A stretch of 64,000 bases of DNA, from assembly GCA_028694375.1 (NCBI GenBank), contig JAQUTN010000001.1:409-64408 (forward strand), given 5' to 3'. The notes under the pieces are model-generated. The model did no database searches. It was not told where the DNA came from and worked only from the letters and a program-made list of their open reading frames with translations. Shown piece after piece: positions 35,956 to 45,800 of the stretch; positions within the stretch are counted from its first letter, which is position 1; each line of letters begins with the position of its first letter. The translations under genes and the position numbers were made by a program. This DNA comes from Bacteroidales bacterium. GTDB taxonomy: Bacteria; Bacteroidota; Bacteroidia; Bacteroidales; UBA1402.

Positions 35956-36462
35956 CTATTTTAGCCCCAGTTTAGCTCTAACCATGGGAGTGACGTCCTT
36001 GCATTTGGACGTGGACCAGTACATCAGGCCCATATTGGCCGAAGTGTCAAAGATATAAACCATACTGAGTTCTTCGCCTACGGCTTGTACAGCTTTGGTC
36101 AGTTTATCGTTGATCGGAATTATCAGTTCCTGTTGTTGACGTTGAATATCTTCTTGTGAATCCTGATAAAAATTTTGTATGCGTTGTTCCAGGTCTTGAA
36201 TGTCTGTCATACGGCGAATACGAATTGATTCAGGCAGGCTGTCTCGCTGAGCTACAAATTCGGAACCCTTTTTTTGATATTCTTCCTGCATAATAAGCAA
36301 TTCAGACTCGTAATTTTTTGCCAAATCATCCAATTTTTTCATAGCTTCTGCCGTTTCGGGCATAGCCTGAAATACTTCGGCTCTGTTGATGTAACCGAAT
36401 TCCTGAGCAACTGCCAGCAAAGGCAAAAAACATAAGACAGCAATAATAAAATGTTTATACAT
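35956..36462 (-). CDS. OmpH/Skp-family periplasmic chaperone
   Basis: 168 aa with a signal peptide and a coiled-coil-rich body, positioned downstream of bamA. Confidence 0.85.
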   Translation of the reverse strand: MYKHFIIAVLCFLPLLAVAQEFGYINRAEVFQAMPETAEAMKKLDDLAKNYESELLIMQEEYQKKGSEFVAQRDSLPESIRIRRMTDIQDLEQRIQNFYQDSQEDIQRQQQELIIPINDKLTKAVQAVGEELSMVYIFDTSANMGLMYWSTSKCKDVTPMVRAKLGLK

Positions 36463-36519
36463 AACGTCGTTTTTTGTATTGATAATTAAAATGTTATTGA
36501 AAGAACAAGGGCTTAGTGA

Positions 36520-37029
36520 TTAATAGCCCAATTTTTTTAAAACCTGGTCGCTGATGTCAATAGAAGGAGAGGCAAAGACAATATTAACTCCGGAAGCCCG
36601 ATCCAGAATTAACATAATGGATTGCTCTTCAGCCAGCTCTTTGACGGCGTTGTAGATTTCGTCCTGTATAGGGGTGAGCAGGCTTTCGCGTTTTTTATAA
36701 AGTTCGCCTTCGGAGCCGAAATACTTTCGTTTTAAATCGGCCAGCTCTTTTTCTTTGGCCAGGATTTCGTTTTCTTTATTCTTTTTCATATCGTCCGAAA
36801 GGTAAACCATTTCGGCCTGATACTTTGTATAGAGCTCTTTAGCTGCATTAGCCAGGGCATCTACTTCGGCCTGCCACTTTTTGGACACTTGGTTCAATTG
36901 GTCGTTGGCCATCTCGTATGCCGGAATACGCGAAAATATGTATTCCATATCAATCAGGGCGTATTTCTGAGCAAATACAGCCGTGCTGCTGAAAATCAGA
37001 CTGATTACTAATAAATATACTTTTTTCAT
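36520..37029 (-). CDS. OmpH/Skp-family periplasmic chaperone (paralogue)
   Basis: 169 aa with a signal peptide. The motifs YALIDMEYIF and ...QAEVDAL...KEKELADLKRKYF are typical of Skp-like proteins. Confidence 0.85.
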   Translation of the reverse strand: MKKVYLLVISLIFSSTAVFAQKYALIDMEYIFSRIPAYEMANDQLNQVSKKWQAEVDALANAAKELYTKYQAEMVYLSDDMKKNKENEILAKEKELADLKRKYFGSEGELYKKRESLLTPIQDEIYNAVKELAEEQSIMLILDRASGVNIVFASPSIDISDQVLKKLGY

Positions 37030-37084
37030 ACTTGCGAAATTTTGGTATTTGACTTTAAAAGCTGCTCAAAGTTAAAAACAAATT

Positions 37085-39658
37085 TTAGAATTCCTGTCCT
37101 ATGACGAAATGAAATTCACTTCCGTGTGCTTTGCTTTCGGTGCCAACAGGATCAAATCCATATGCCCAATCGATTCCCAGTAATCCTACTATAGGTATAA
37201 ATATTCGCACGCCCACACCTGCAGAACGTTTCAATTCAAAGGGAGAATAATATTTTAAATCAGACCAGAGGTTTCCTGCTTCCAGAAAAGCGGAGGCATA
37301 AATAGTGGCCGATTGTTCCAGTAACAAAGGATAGCGCAGTTCCAAACCAACTCTTTGATAGAGCCAGCCCACACCCAAATCGCCGTTGCCGTAACCCCGG
37401 AGAGCGATGATATCGTAGGCATAGCTGCTCGAGTAGCCTGTCATACCATCACCTCCCATATAGAAAGTGCCGAAAGGCGATCTTTTGTATTGATTATATG
37501 CTCCCAGCAAGCCAATATCAAAACGGGTGGCCATGACTAATTTCCGGTTTCCGCTCAGCGGAGTAAATGTTCTGGAACGGAAACGTACCTTATAGTATTC
37601 AATCCAATTATATAGTTCCTGGCTGTTCATGTTTTTGTAATCCTCGTCGCTCTTATTGTCAAGCATCGAGAATGGAGGAGTAAGACCCAACGATAATGAA
37701 AAAGAAGAGCCTGAACGAGTATACAAAGGATTATCGGTAGAGTTTCTACTCAGAGTAAAGTTAAGGCTCAGGTCGTTGCTCCTGCCGTTGGATATAAGAA
37801 AATACATCCAGTTTTGCAGATTGTAGTGCTGATACGAAAATTCCGAGAACAGTTGAAAATAGTCGTCCGGCCAGGCTAACCTCGTGCCCAGACCGGCAGA
37901 TAAGCCCCACATTTTAATATATTTGGTGGGGTCCATTTCGGTCAGGTAATAATCGCCGTAATCGTATGAATTGCCGTAATAGGCATAATTCATCATGTAA
38001 TTGTTGTAGTAATTCTCGTAATATCGGTCGCTTACGCCTGTTTGATAGGAGTAGTATCCCGACAAAGAGAAAGAGTTGGGTTTTTTCCCGCCCAACCAGG
38101 GTTCCATAAACGAGAAACTGTACGACTGGTAATATTGCCCATTGGTACGGCCGGTAATACTAAAGGTTTGTCCGTCTCCCTGAGGTAATACTCCCTCGTT
38201 CAGCCTAAGCAGATTACGCATAGAGAAATTGGTAAACTTCAGACTGATGGATCCTACTATACCTGTGCTGCCCCAACCCAGAGAAAATTCTACCTGGTCG
38301 TTCGATTTGGAAGTAAGGTTCAAATCGATGTCCACTGTACCGTCTTCGTTGGGAATGGGATTGATGCCCATGGTCTCCGGATCGAAATGGCCGGTTTGAG
38401 CAATTTCACGGGCCGAACGCATTAAGGCCGCTTTGTTGAAGAGTTCTCCGGGTTTGGTGTAGAGTTCCCTTCGGATGACGTGTTCGTACAAGCGGTCGTT
38501 ACCGTTGATGTTTACACGCCTTATACTGGCAGGCTGGCCTTCGCTGAGCCTGATTTCCAGGTCGATGGAGTCTTGTGCCACAGCTACCTCCATAGGCATG
38601 GCCTGAAAAAACAGATAACCTCTGTCCATGTAGAGGTCGGTTATGGCGTCTTCGTTGGGCGATTGAAGCAGGCGTTCGGTCAGTCTTTTTTGATTGTAGA
38701 CATCGCCTTTTTTGATCTGAAGCCTCATATTCAGCTCGTTAGAAGAGTATAAAGTATTGCCTATCCAACTGATGTCACGGATAAAGTATTGACGGCCTTC
38801 GTTCACTTTCAGGTAAACATTGACAGTCTTGTCGTCAAAGCGATAAATAGTATCTTCTTCAATGATGGCATCTCGGTACCCGAATTCATTGTATTTTTCA
38901 ATTAATGCGATTTTGTCGTTCAGATACTCAGTGTCGACAAACTTCTTGGTTCTGAAAAAGTTGATCAGTTTATTTTTCTCGTTGGTCTTTTTCATAGTCC
39001 AGTTGATTTTACCGTCGGCAAAAGCTTTGTTGCCTTCTATTATCAACTGATTTACTTTGACTTTGTCCTGTTTGTCGACATTTATTTCAACTATGACCTG
39101 ATTCTCGGATTCGGGATCGTCCCTTTGCAGAACGATGACATTGGCATTTTTGTAACCTTTACCATCGTAGTGTTTTTTTATCAGTATTTCTGCTCTGTCA
39201 ATAATGTTGGGAGTAATCTGATTGCCGACAATCATATTGAGACGGGGTTCCAGTTCTTCAATCTCGGATTTCTTCATGCCGTTGAAATTGACTTTAGATA
39301 TTCGGGGCCGAGGGCTGAGAATAAAGCGGAGCCATATTTCGTTGCCTTCAATTTTGTCCGCCATTATCTTGACATCCGAAAAAAGGCCATGTCTCCAAAA
39401 GCGTTTGACGGCCTCGCTGGTTTCGCTTCCGGGGACTCGTATTATCTGACCTGCGGATAATCCCGATAAACCAATCAACACATAATCTTCGTAATTATCT
39501 ATACCTTCAACAGTAATGTCTGCAATTTTTAATTCTCTGGGATAGGAATAATATATCTCCGGACCAGCCTCTTCTTGAGCAACAAGCGGAGATAATGCGC
39601 AGAAAAAATATAAAAAGCCGGTTAATAGCTTATATAGTATTGAGTGAGTCTTGTTCAA
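37085..39658 (-). CDS. bamA: Outer membrane protein assembly factor BamA
   Basis: 857 aa with POTRA repeats and an Omp85 barrel, ending with a C-terminal ...HFVIGQEF. Confidence 0.95.
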   Translation of the reverse strand: MNKTHSILYKLLTGFLYFFCALSPLVAQEEAGPEIYYSYPRELKIADITVEGIDNYEDYVLIGLSGLSAGQIIRVPGSETSEAVKRFWRHGLFSDVKIMADKIEGNEIWLRFILSPRPRISKVNFNGMKKSEIEELEPRLNMIVGNQITPNIIDRAEILIKKHYDGKGYKNANVIVLQRDDPESENQVIVEINVDKQDKVKVNQLIIEGNKAFADGKINWTMKKTNEKNKLINFFRTKKFVDTEYLNDKIALIEKYNEFGYRDAIIEEDTIYRFDDKTVNVYLKVNEGRQYFIRDISWIGNTLYSSNELNMRLQIKKGDVYNQKRLTERLLQSPNEDAITDLYMDRGYLFFQAMPMEVAVAQDSIDLEIRLSEGQPASIRRVNINGNDRLYEHVIRRELYTKPGELFNKAALMRSAREIAQTGHFDPETMGINPIPNEDGTVDIDLNLTSKSNDQVEFSLGWGSTGIVGSISLKFTNFSMRNLLRLNEGVLPQGDGQTFSITGRTNGQYYQSYSFSFMEPWLGGKKPNSFSLSGYYSYQTGVSDRYYENYYNNYMMNYAYYGNSYDYGDYYLTEMDPTKYIKMWGLSAGLGTRLAWPDDYFQLFSEFSYQHYNLQNWMYFLISNGRSNDLSLNFTLSRNSTDNPLYTRSGSSFSLSLGLTPPFSMLDNKSDEDYKNMNSQELYNWIEYYKVRFRSRTFTPLSGNRKLVMATRFDIGLLGAYNQYKRSPFGTFYMGGDGMTGYSSSYAYDIIALRGYGNGDLGVGWLYQRVGLELRYPLLLEQSATIYASAFLEAGNLWSDLKYYSPFELKRSAGVGVRIFIPIVGLLGIDWAYGFDPVGTESKAHGSEFHFVIGQEF

Positions 39659-40407
39659 TGTCTTTTTTTTGTTAGTTGTTCACTTGTTTTCCCAAAGCGT
39701 CTTTCTCTGGACTGATATTCGATAATGGCTTCATAGAAAGCTTCTTTCCTGAATTCAGGCCAGGCTGTTTCGGTAAAGTACAATTCAGCGTAAGCAGCCT
39801 GCCACAACATAAAATTGCTGATACGAATTTCACCTCCGGTGCGGATCAACAAATCCGGGTCGGGAATGTTAGCCGTGCAAAGATATTTCGAAAAATGATC
39901 TTCATCCAGTTCCTGTTCAAAAATTTTTCCTTCGGACAGGGCTTTGGCGATTTTTTTAACTGCTTCCAAAATTTCCCAACGAGAGGAATAACTCAAAGCA
40001 AGCACTAAATTTAGTTCTTTGCCCTGAGCTGTATTTTGCATGAATTGTTGAATTTTATCCTGAATATCGTTGTCCAGTCTGTCTAAATCTCCAACAACCA
40101 ATCCCCTGACACCATTCTTGATCAAATCGCCGGTTTCGCGATCTATGGTTTCCATCATAAGCCGCATCAGCGCGTTGACTTCTTTTTGGGGGCGATTCCA
40201 GTTCTCTGTCGAAAAAACATATAAGGTCAAATAAGAAAGGCCCAACTCACGAGCAGCTTCCACCACGGCCCGCACGGAATTAATTCCTTCCGTATGGCCG
40301 AAAATGCGGTCTTTGCCAAGGCTTTTAGCCCAACGTCCATTGCCGTCCATGACAATGGCAACGTGTTTGGGCAGAGTTGATTTATCTATTTGTTCTATAC
40401 CTGACAT
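39655..40407 (-). CDS. uppS: Isoprenyl transferase (undecaprenyl-diphosphate synthase)
   Basis: 250 aa with HVAIVMDGNGRWA, TLYVFSTENWNRP and IRTGGEIRISNFMLWQAAYAE. Confidence 0.96.
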   Translation of the reverse strand: MSGIEQIDKSTLPKHVAIVMDGNGRWAKSLGKDRIFGHTEGINSVRAVVEAARELGLSYLTLYVFSTENWNRPQKEVNALMRLMMETIDRETGDLIKNGVRGLVVGDLDRLDNDIQDKIQQFMQNTAQGKELNLVLALSYSSRWEILEAVKKIAKALSEGKIFEQELDEDHFSKYLCTANIPDPDLLIRTGGEIRISNFMLWQAAYAELYFTETAWPEFRKEAFYEAIIEYQSRERRFGKTSEQLTKKRH

Positions 40408-40408
40408 C

Positions 40409-41095
40409 TTATTTATAACACTTTGATCCTATATAAAACAGGTCATAACTTAGGTAAAAAGCCAGGACAAAATAGCTGTCCTTGTTTTTATTCCATGCAC
40501 TTTGAGCAATCCAGGGATCCTCCAGCTGAAAAACAGTCGTTTGAGTCGTATAATCCAGTTTGTCGGAAAAACTCATCCGATAAGAGCATTCCAGTCCCAG
40601 GTTGAAACGGGCAGGCAATTTCAGTTTGATTCCCAGTCCCAAAGGGATATTGGCAGTAAGGGCATTTTTATCGGTTTTATATCCTGTCAGGCCTATTCCA
40701 CAAAATACGTATGGAGATATTTTGCTGGCCCCGGGGTAGTAATCCGCCGCACCGAATTCATAAAAATTGAATTCAAGTTGCAGGCCTCCATCCAGAATCC
40801 TGCGAGAAAAATCCAGGGCTTCCGCTCCCGGATATTGCTCCAGCTTGTCTGTGGTTATGCCTGATATGCCTGCACTCAGGAAATTCCCTTTAATAGAAAA
40901 CCTCCGGTTCAGGTGATAGCGCATCAATACCCCGTAAGCAGGATGTAATTCCTCAAAAAGCCTGGTTTGGTTGGCGTCGCCCGTATAAAACGAAGTGCCT
41001 CCCAGTGCGCCGATTTCCATACGATAACTCTGTCCATACATTGCTGCGGTGCAGAGAAATAAACATATCGAAAAGAATGCTCTTTGTCCTGTCAT
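40409..41095 (-). CDS. Small outer-membrane beta-barrel protein (DUF6089-like by context)
   Basis: 228 aa with a signal peptide and alternating aromatic beta-strands. It lies immediately upstream of uppS-bamA. Confidence 0.65.
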   Translation of the reverse strand: MTGQRAFFSICLFLCTAAMYGQSYRMEIGALGGTSFYTGDANQTRLFEELHPAYGVLMRYHLNRRFSIKGNFLSAGISGITTDKLEQYPGAEALDFSRRILDGGLQLEFNFYEFGAADYYPGASKISPYVFCGIGLTGYKTDKNALTANIPLGLGIKLKLPARFNLGLECSYRMSFSDKLDYTTQTTVFQLEDPWIAQSAWNKNKDSYFVLAFYLSYDLFYIGSKCYK

Positions 41096-41160
41096 GCTAA
41101 TAAATGCTGTTACATCTCATACTCTAACGCAAAAAAGCTGAATTCATTTTGCAGGAATGT

Positions 41161-42498
41161 TTATTTCTCCGGAAATAATTTTCTGTGAATGTTCCCTTTC
41201 CAAACCTTATTTGAGATGTTGCCGGATTCTCCGCCGAAAATCCAGATATACTTATCCTCTTCTACAAAAATATGTTGATAAGCCAATCGTTCGTTTATGC
41301 TGTAAAACTGAAGTATCGTATCGGCTGCCGACCAAGTTATGCCGTGATTCTCCGAAACGAACAAAGTACTGTCTCCAAATCCCTGGTTGTTGAGTCCCCC
41401 GTAATAAAACATTTTATCGTCGTAATGAAACAGGGAGGCGCCTTGCCTGGGTTCAATAAGCAGAGGCTTGGTATTGACTTTGATCCAGTATAGACCGTCC
41501 ATGGTGCTCCAGCTGTCAGCGTTCAGTGTTCCGTTGGCGTTAATACCTCCGAGCAGGCTGATGTAGGGGACTTTAGTTACCGTTTTGTATTGGGTGTGGG
41601 CATACTCTCTGAGGGGAAAATTTTCGGGGATAACTGTTCCGCTTTCCCAACCGGCAGAATCTCCGGTAAATCGGGCGAAGCGCAAATCTCCGTTGTTGTC
41701 TGCTATGATTCCGACCAAAGCATCTTCGCTGAGGAATTTGCGGCCCTCCAATTTGCCAAAGAGGCTGAGGACTTTAGTACTATCTGCAGAGACTGACCAT
41801 TGATTCAGATCGGTAGAATAATACAAATTCCCTTGTTTACCCAAAAGGTAGTAATGCTCCTTGAATTCGGTGAGACTCTGAATCATGATAGTATCGTTCA
41901 GGCCGGATACCGGAGCATCTGCTGACCAACTAATGCCTTGATCGGTCGAAGTATAACTAATTATTGAACCCGAATCGGGAGCAAAAAAGGCTTTGAACAA
42001 GCCATTGTACAAAATTGTTTTATTGCGGGCGGAAATCGTTGGGAATTGGCTGCTCAGGACATTCATCACCATGGAATCGGGATTGATTTGATGAACATTT
42101 ACCCTAAGCTGGTATTTCTTTTGGTGTTTGCCGTCTTCAGAATTATTTGTAAGAGATAAGGGCCGGCTGAAATCTAATACATCGCCGACTTTCCAGAGCA
42201 GAGTGTCGTTGATTAGCACATTGCCGTTGGAAGAAAAGAATATTATGCTGGGAAATAGCGAATCAACCCGGGTTTGATAAGGCAGGGAATCGGTATTGTA
42301 AATAAGTCCGGCAAAGTTGTCAATATAAAAGGTATAGTCGGCAATTTCCGGGAAAGAATCAAAGCCGAAATGCTGAACATTGGCCAGGGACAGCGATTGA
42401 TCCTCAAAATTATGGCATGACGGAATACCCAGCAGGATAGGGCTGAGCAAAACCAATAGCCGGACTTTGTTCTTGATGCTATATATTATTTTGTCCAT
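41161..42498 (-). CDS. Lipoprotein with Asp-box (BNR-like) repeats, probable beta-propeller
   Basis: 445 aa with lipobox GIPSC. Asp-box-like motifs STDQGISWS and SENHGITWS are present. Confidence 0.65.
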   Translation of the reverse strand: MDKIIYSIKNKVRLLVLLSPILLGIPSCHNFEDQSLSLANVQHFGFDSFPEIADYTFYIDNFAGLIYNTDSLPYQTRVDSLFPSIIFFSSNGNVLINDTLLWKVGDVLDFSRPLSLTNNSEDGKHQKKYQLRVNVHQINPDSMVMNVLSSQFPTISARNKTILYNGLFKAFFAPDSGSIISYTSTDQGISWSADAPVSGLNDTIMIQSLTEFKEHYYLLGKQGNLYYSTDLNQWSVSADSTKVLSLFGKLEGRKFLSEDALVGIIADNNGDLRFARFTGDSAGWESGTVIPENFPLREYAHTQYKTVTKVPYISLLGGINANGTLNADSWSTMDGLYWIKVNTKPLLIEPRQGASLFHYDDKMFYYGGLNNQGFGDSTLFVSENHGITWSAADTILQFYSINERLAYQHIFVEEDKYIWIFGGESGNISNKVWKGNIHRKLFPEK

Positions 42499-42597
42499 TC
42501 AACTCCAAAAATTAAGCGCAAAAGTAAGAAGAATTTCAGCTTTAATTGCAAATAACTGTTTTTTTATGAATAATTAGTCCGATAACAGTCTTTCTGC

Positions 42598-43707
42598 TTA
42601 GTGTTTACGAAGATAATGCGTAATAGTCCTGTTTTCAGACGGAAGACTTGTGCTGAAAACACTACAGGCTCTTTGCAGGTCCTCGGGAATGTGCAGGGCT
42701 TTGTGTCCACGTCCAATGGTGTTATGCCAGGTTTCTACCTGGATTTCATCCCAAAGCCCGGCATCCAAAAAGGCTTTTTGCAGGGTGCTGCCTCCCTCTA
42801 CCAACAGGCTGTGAATATTGCGTGCATGCAAAACGGCCAACATATCCCCGAGCATATTGCCCGAGTTGAGATTGCCCGTAGCCAGCCATTCTTTGTTGCC
42901 GTTGCGCCCCGAAAATTTTTCAGTAAAAATCAGGCAGGGAAATTCGTCGTTCAGTAGCAGGGAATCTTTGTGCAGACTGTTTTTACGATCCATCACAATC
43001 CGCAGGGGATGCTGACCTGGCCAATGTCGCAGCGTCAGCCGGGGATTATCCAGCAGGGCAGTGCGCGAGCCAACCATTATGGCATCGGATTCTGCCCTGA
43101 GCTTATGAACCAACAGCTGACTGTAGGCGCTTGAGATTTGTAGCGGTTTTTGCCCGTCTCCCGGCTGTCGAATGTAATCCGAATAAGCATCGGCCGTTTG
43201 AGCCCATTTCAGGGTTATGTATGGCCGTTTTTTTTCATAATAGCAAAAAAAGTGTTTGTTTAAGTAACGGGCGGCCTCTGCTTCAAGGTCCAGCTCTACC
43301 TCGATGCCGGCGGCTTTTAATTTGGCTATACCCTGTCCGCAAACACCGGGGAAAGGATCCCGGCAGGCAATCACTACACGGGGGATTTCTTTTTCAATTA
43401 TGAGGTCGGTGCAGGGTGGGGTTTTCCCGAAATGGGAGCAGGGTTCCAGGTTGACGTAGAGTGTCGATTCCCGAAGCAGCTCCTGGTTTTTTACAGCCCC
43501 TATGGCCCGGGGTTCCGCATGGGCTTCGCCTGCTTTATGATGCCAGCCTTCGCCGATTATGGTGTTTTGATGCACAACCAGGGCTCCGACCATTGGATTG
43601 GGAGAACAGCTGATTCGTCCGTTGGCCGCCAGTTGCAGGCAACGTTGCATGTAAAGGGCCTCGGGATTTTTGTCGGCAGTAGTGTTGTGGTGCAAGGATA
43701 AATGCAT
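42598..43707 (-). CDS. ribD: Bifunctional riboflavin biosynthesis protein RibD (deaminase/reductase)
   Basis: Deaminase zinc motifs HAEPRA and PCSHFGKTPPC plus the C-terminal reductase domain. The ORF runs to 43734, but Met10 (43707) avoids overlapping the divergent prmC start. The start is uncertain. Confidence 0.92.
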   Translation of the reverse strand: MHLSLHHNTTADKNPEALYMQRCLQLAANGRISCSPNPMVGALVVHQNTIIGEGWHHKAGEAHAEPRAIGAVKNQELLRESTLYVNLEPCSHFGKTPPCTDLIIEKEIPRVVIACRDPFPGVCGQGIAKLKAAGIEVELDLEAEAARYLNKHFFCYYEKKRPYITLKWAQTADAYSDYIRQPGDGQKPLQISSAYSQLLVHKLRAESDAIMVGSRTALLDNPRLTLRHWPGQHPLRIVMDRKNSLHKDSLLLNDEFPCLIFTEKFSGRNGNKEWLATGNLNSGNMLGDMLAVLHARNIHSLLVEGGSTLQKAFLDAGLWDEIQVETWHNTIGRGHKALHIPEDLQRACSVFSTSLPSENRTITHYLRKH

Positions 43708-43732
43708 TATTTTTGTAAACAAATTGTTAACC

Positions 43733-44584
43733 ATGCAAACTTTCCTCAGCTATGCGGCGCAAAGCCTGAATAAACAGTACCGGCCCGAAGAAATCAGGCA
43801 GTTGTCGTATTCTCTGCTGGAGGATTGCTGTGGCTTTTCAAAAAATGATATTTATGCCGGCAAAGATACTAAAATTTCAGCTAAGCAACGGCAGCAATTA
43901 CACGAGAAACTGGCCCGTCTGGCAGTGGGCGAACCTTTGCAGTATATAACAGAAGTTGCTCATTTCTACGATCTTAAACTTTCTGTTAACCCGGCGGTAC
44001 TGATTCCCCGACCCGAAACCGAGGAGCTGGCGGAATGGATTATCCACGATTATGCCGGCGAAAAAGGGAAAATACTCGATGTCGGTACCGGCAGCGCCTG
44101 TATCTCGCTTGCTCTGGCTAAACATTTGTCCGGGATGCAGGTAGAAGCCTGGGATATCTCTCCGGCTGCTCTGGCATTGGCCCGCCAAAACGCTGCGGAT
44201 CTGAAACTGGATGTGAAATTTACCGAACAGGATTTGTTCGGTTTTAATCCCGGACCCGGGGCTCAGGTCTATGACATCATTGTGAGTAATCCTCCCTATG
44301 TAACTACGGCTGAGGCTCTCAAAATGGAAAAAAGAGTCCTCAAACATGAACCGGCGCTTGCCCTGTTTGTGCCGGACAACGATCCCCTGATCTTTTACCG
44401 GGCGCTGGCCGGATTGGCTGCCTCAATTCTGAAGCCCGGGGGAAGCTTGTATGTGGAAATCAGTATTTATTACGGCAGCGAAACGGTACAACTGTTCAAA
44501 GAGGCCGGTTTCGAAGAAGTAGTTCTCCGGCAGGATATTTCCGGTCGCGACCGGATGATTAAAGCAAGTAATTACCATGGATAA
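43733..44584 (+). CDS. prmC: Peptide chain release factor N5-glutamine methyltransferase
   Basis: Contains VSNPPY and ILDVGTGSACISL motifs. The start is taken at ATG 43733 (MQTFLSYAAQ...) rather than the ORF-track alternative start at 43670. Confidence 0.9.
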   Translation: MQTFLSYAAQSLNKQYRPEEIRQLSYSLLEDCCGFSKNDIYAGKDTKISAKQRQQLHEKLARLAVGEPLQYITEVAHFYDLKLSVNPAVLIPRPETEELAEWIIHDYAGEKGKILDVGTGSACISLALAKHLSGMQVEAWDISPAALALARQNAADLKLDVKFTEQDLFGFNPGPGAQVYDIIVSNPPYVTTAEALKMEKRVLKHEPALALFVPDNDPLIFYRALAGLAASILKPGGSLYVEISIYYGSETVQLFKEAGFEEVVLRQDISGRDRMIKASNYHG

Positions 44585-45038
44585 TTTTTTGCAGGCACTT
44601 AAGTGGGCACAACAATATTGTTCCAAAGCAGAACGCTGTGCCGGAGATGTCTTGAACAAACTGGGGAAGTACAAACTGGATGAGACTTCCAGCAAACGCC
44701 TGCTCGAAAACTTGCGTAAGGAAAATTACCTGAACGATACAAGGTATGCCAAAGCCTATGCCATTGATCAGTTTCGCTTCAGCCGCTGGGGCAAGATCAA
44801 AATCCGCTATATGCTAAGGCTAAAAGGCCTTGCCGAGACCGACATACAGGAAGCTTTGGAGCAAATACCTCTCGATGAATACCTCGACCTGCTTAAAGCC
44901 TTGATTGACGAAAAACAAAAACACTATGCCGGTTCAGAGGCTTACGAAACAAAAGCCAGGCTCCTTAGGTTTGCCTACGGCAGAGGCTTTGAACCCGATC
45001 TTATTAATCAATGCCTGGATTCATCAAAGAATTATTAA
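44577..45038 (+). CDS. recX: Regulatory protein RecX
   Basis: 153 aa with a three-helical-repeat pattern (...ALKWAQQYCSKAERCAGDVLNKL...YLNDTRYAKAY...). The start overlaps the prmC stop. Confidence 0.75.
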   Translation: MDNFLQALKWAQQYCSKAERCAGDVLNKLGKYKLDETSSKRLLENLRKENYLNDTRYAKAYAIDQFRFSRWGKIKIRYMLRLKGLAETDIQEALEQIPLDEYLDLLKALIDEKQKHYAGSEAYETKARLLRFAYGRGFEPDLINQCLDSSKNY

Positions 45039-45697
45039 ATCTGCTTTATCCTCCTCTCTGCGTAGTGTGTGGCAGAAAGCTCATTGCCGGCGAAGAACAA
45101 CTTTGTTCGGCTTGTTTGTATGCCTTGCCACGCACTCGTTTTCATGCTGAACGTCAAAATCCAGTCTGTGACCGCCTGTTTGGAAAAGTGCCTTTCGAAA
45201 AGGCCACAGCCATTTTTTATTACCAAAAAGAGTCGTATATGCAGTGCGTGATGGAGAGTTTTAAGTATAAATCAAACCGGCAACTGGCCTTCTATCTGGG
45301 GACTTACGCCGGAATGCAACTGAGTAAACAAGGCTTTTTTGAACAGATAGATCTTATTTTACCCGTGCCTTTACACAAAAACAAGGAGAAGTGGAGGGGT
45401 TATAATCAAAGTGAACTTATTGCCAAAGGCTTGGCTTGTCGCAGCGGCTTGCCTGTTGACAGCAGTTCTCTTGAACGCCTGCTGGAAAATCCCACCCAAA
45501 CCAGACGCGGCCTTTGGGAACGCAGCCAAAATGTGCAGCAACTATTCAAGCTAAGAAGTCCAGACAACCTGGTCGGTAAACATGTGTTGCTGGTAGATGA
45601 TGTTTTAACCAGTGGTTCAACCATGGAAGCTTGTGGAAATGCCTTGCTGGAAGCAAGGGGACTCAGACTAAGTTTTTTTGCCTTAGCCCTGGCTTAA
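45011..45697 (+). CDS. comF: ComF-family protein (phosphoribosyltransferase-like)
   Basis: 228 aa with an N-terminal Cys4 motif (CVVCG...CSAC) and the PRTase motif VLLVDDVLTSGST. Confidence 0.85.
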   Translation: MPGFIKELLNLLYPPLCVVCGRKLIAGEEQLCSACLYALPRTRFHAERQNPVCDRLFGKVPFEKATAIFYYQKESYMQCVMESFKYKSNRQLAFYLGTYAGMQLSKQGFFEQIDLILPVPLHKNKEKWRGYNQSELIAKGLACRSGLPVDSSSLERLLENPTQTRRGLWERSQNVQQLFKLRSPDNLVGKHVLLVDDVLTSGSTMEACGNALLEARGLRLSFFALALA

Positions 45698-45736
45698 TTC
45701 TTTGTGATACTGTCTTTGTATATTGCAAAATATCTG

Positions 45737-45744
45737 TACTTTTG
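45737..45744 (+). promoter_or_regulatory. Candidate -7 promoter box
   Basis: tacttttg (TAnnTTTG) lies 57 nt upstream of the ATG at 45801. Confidence 0.4.
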
Positions 45745-45800
45745 TCCCTGATAAAAAACAGCCTGAGAAGATCTAAACAAAAAAGGTCAACTCATTAATT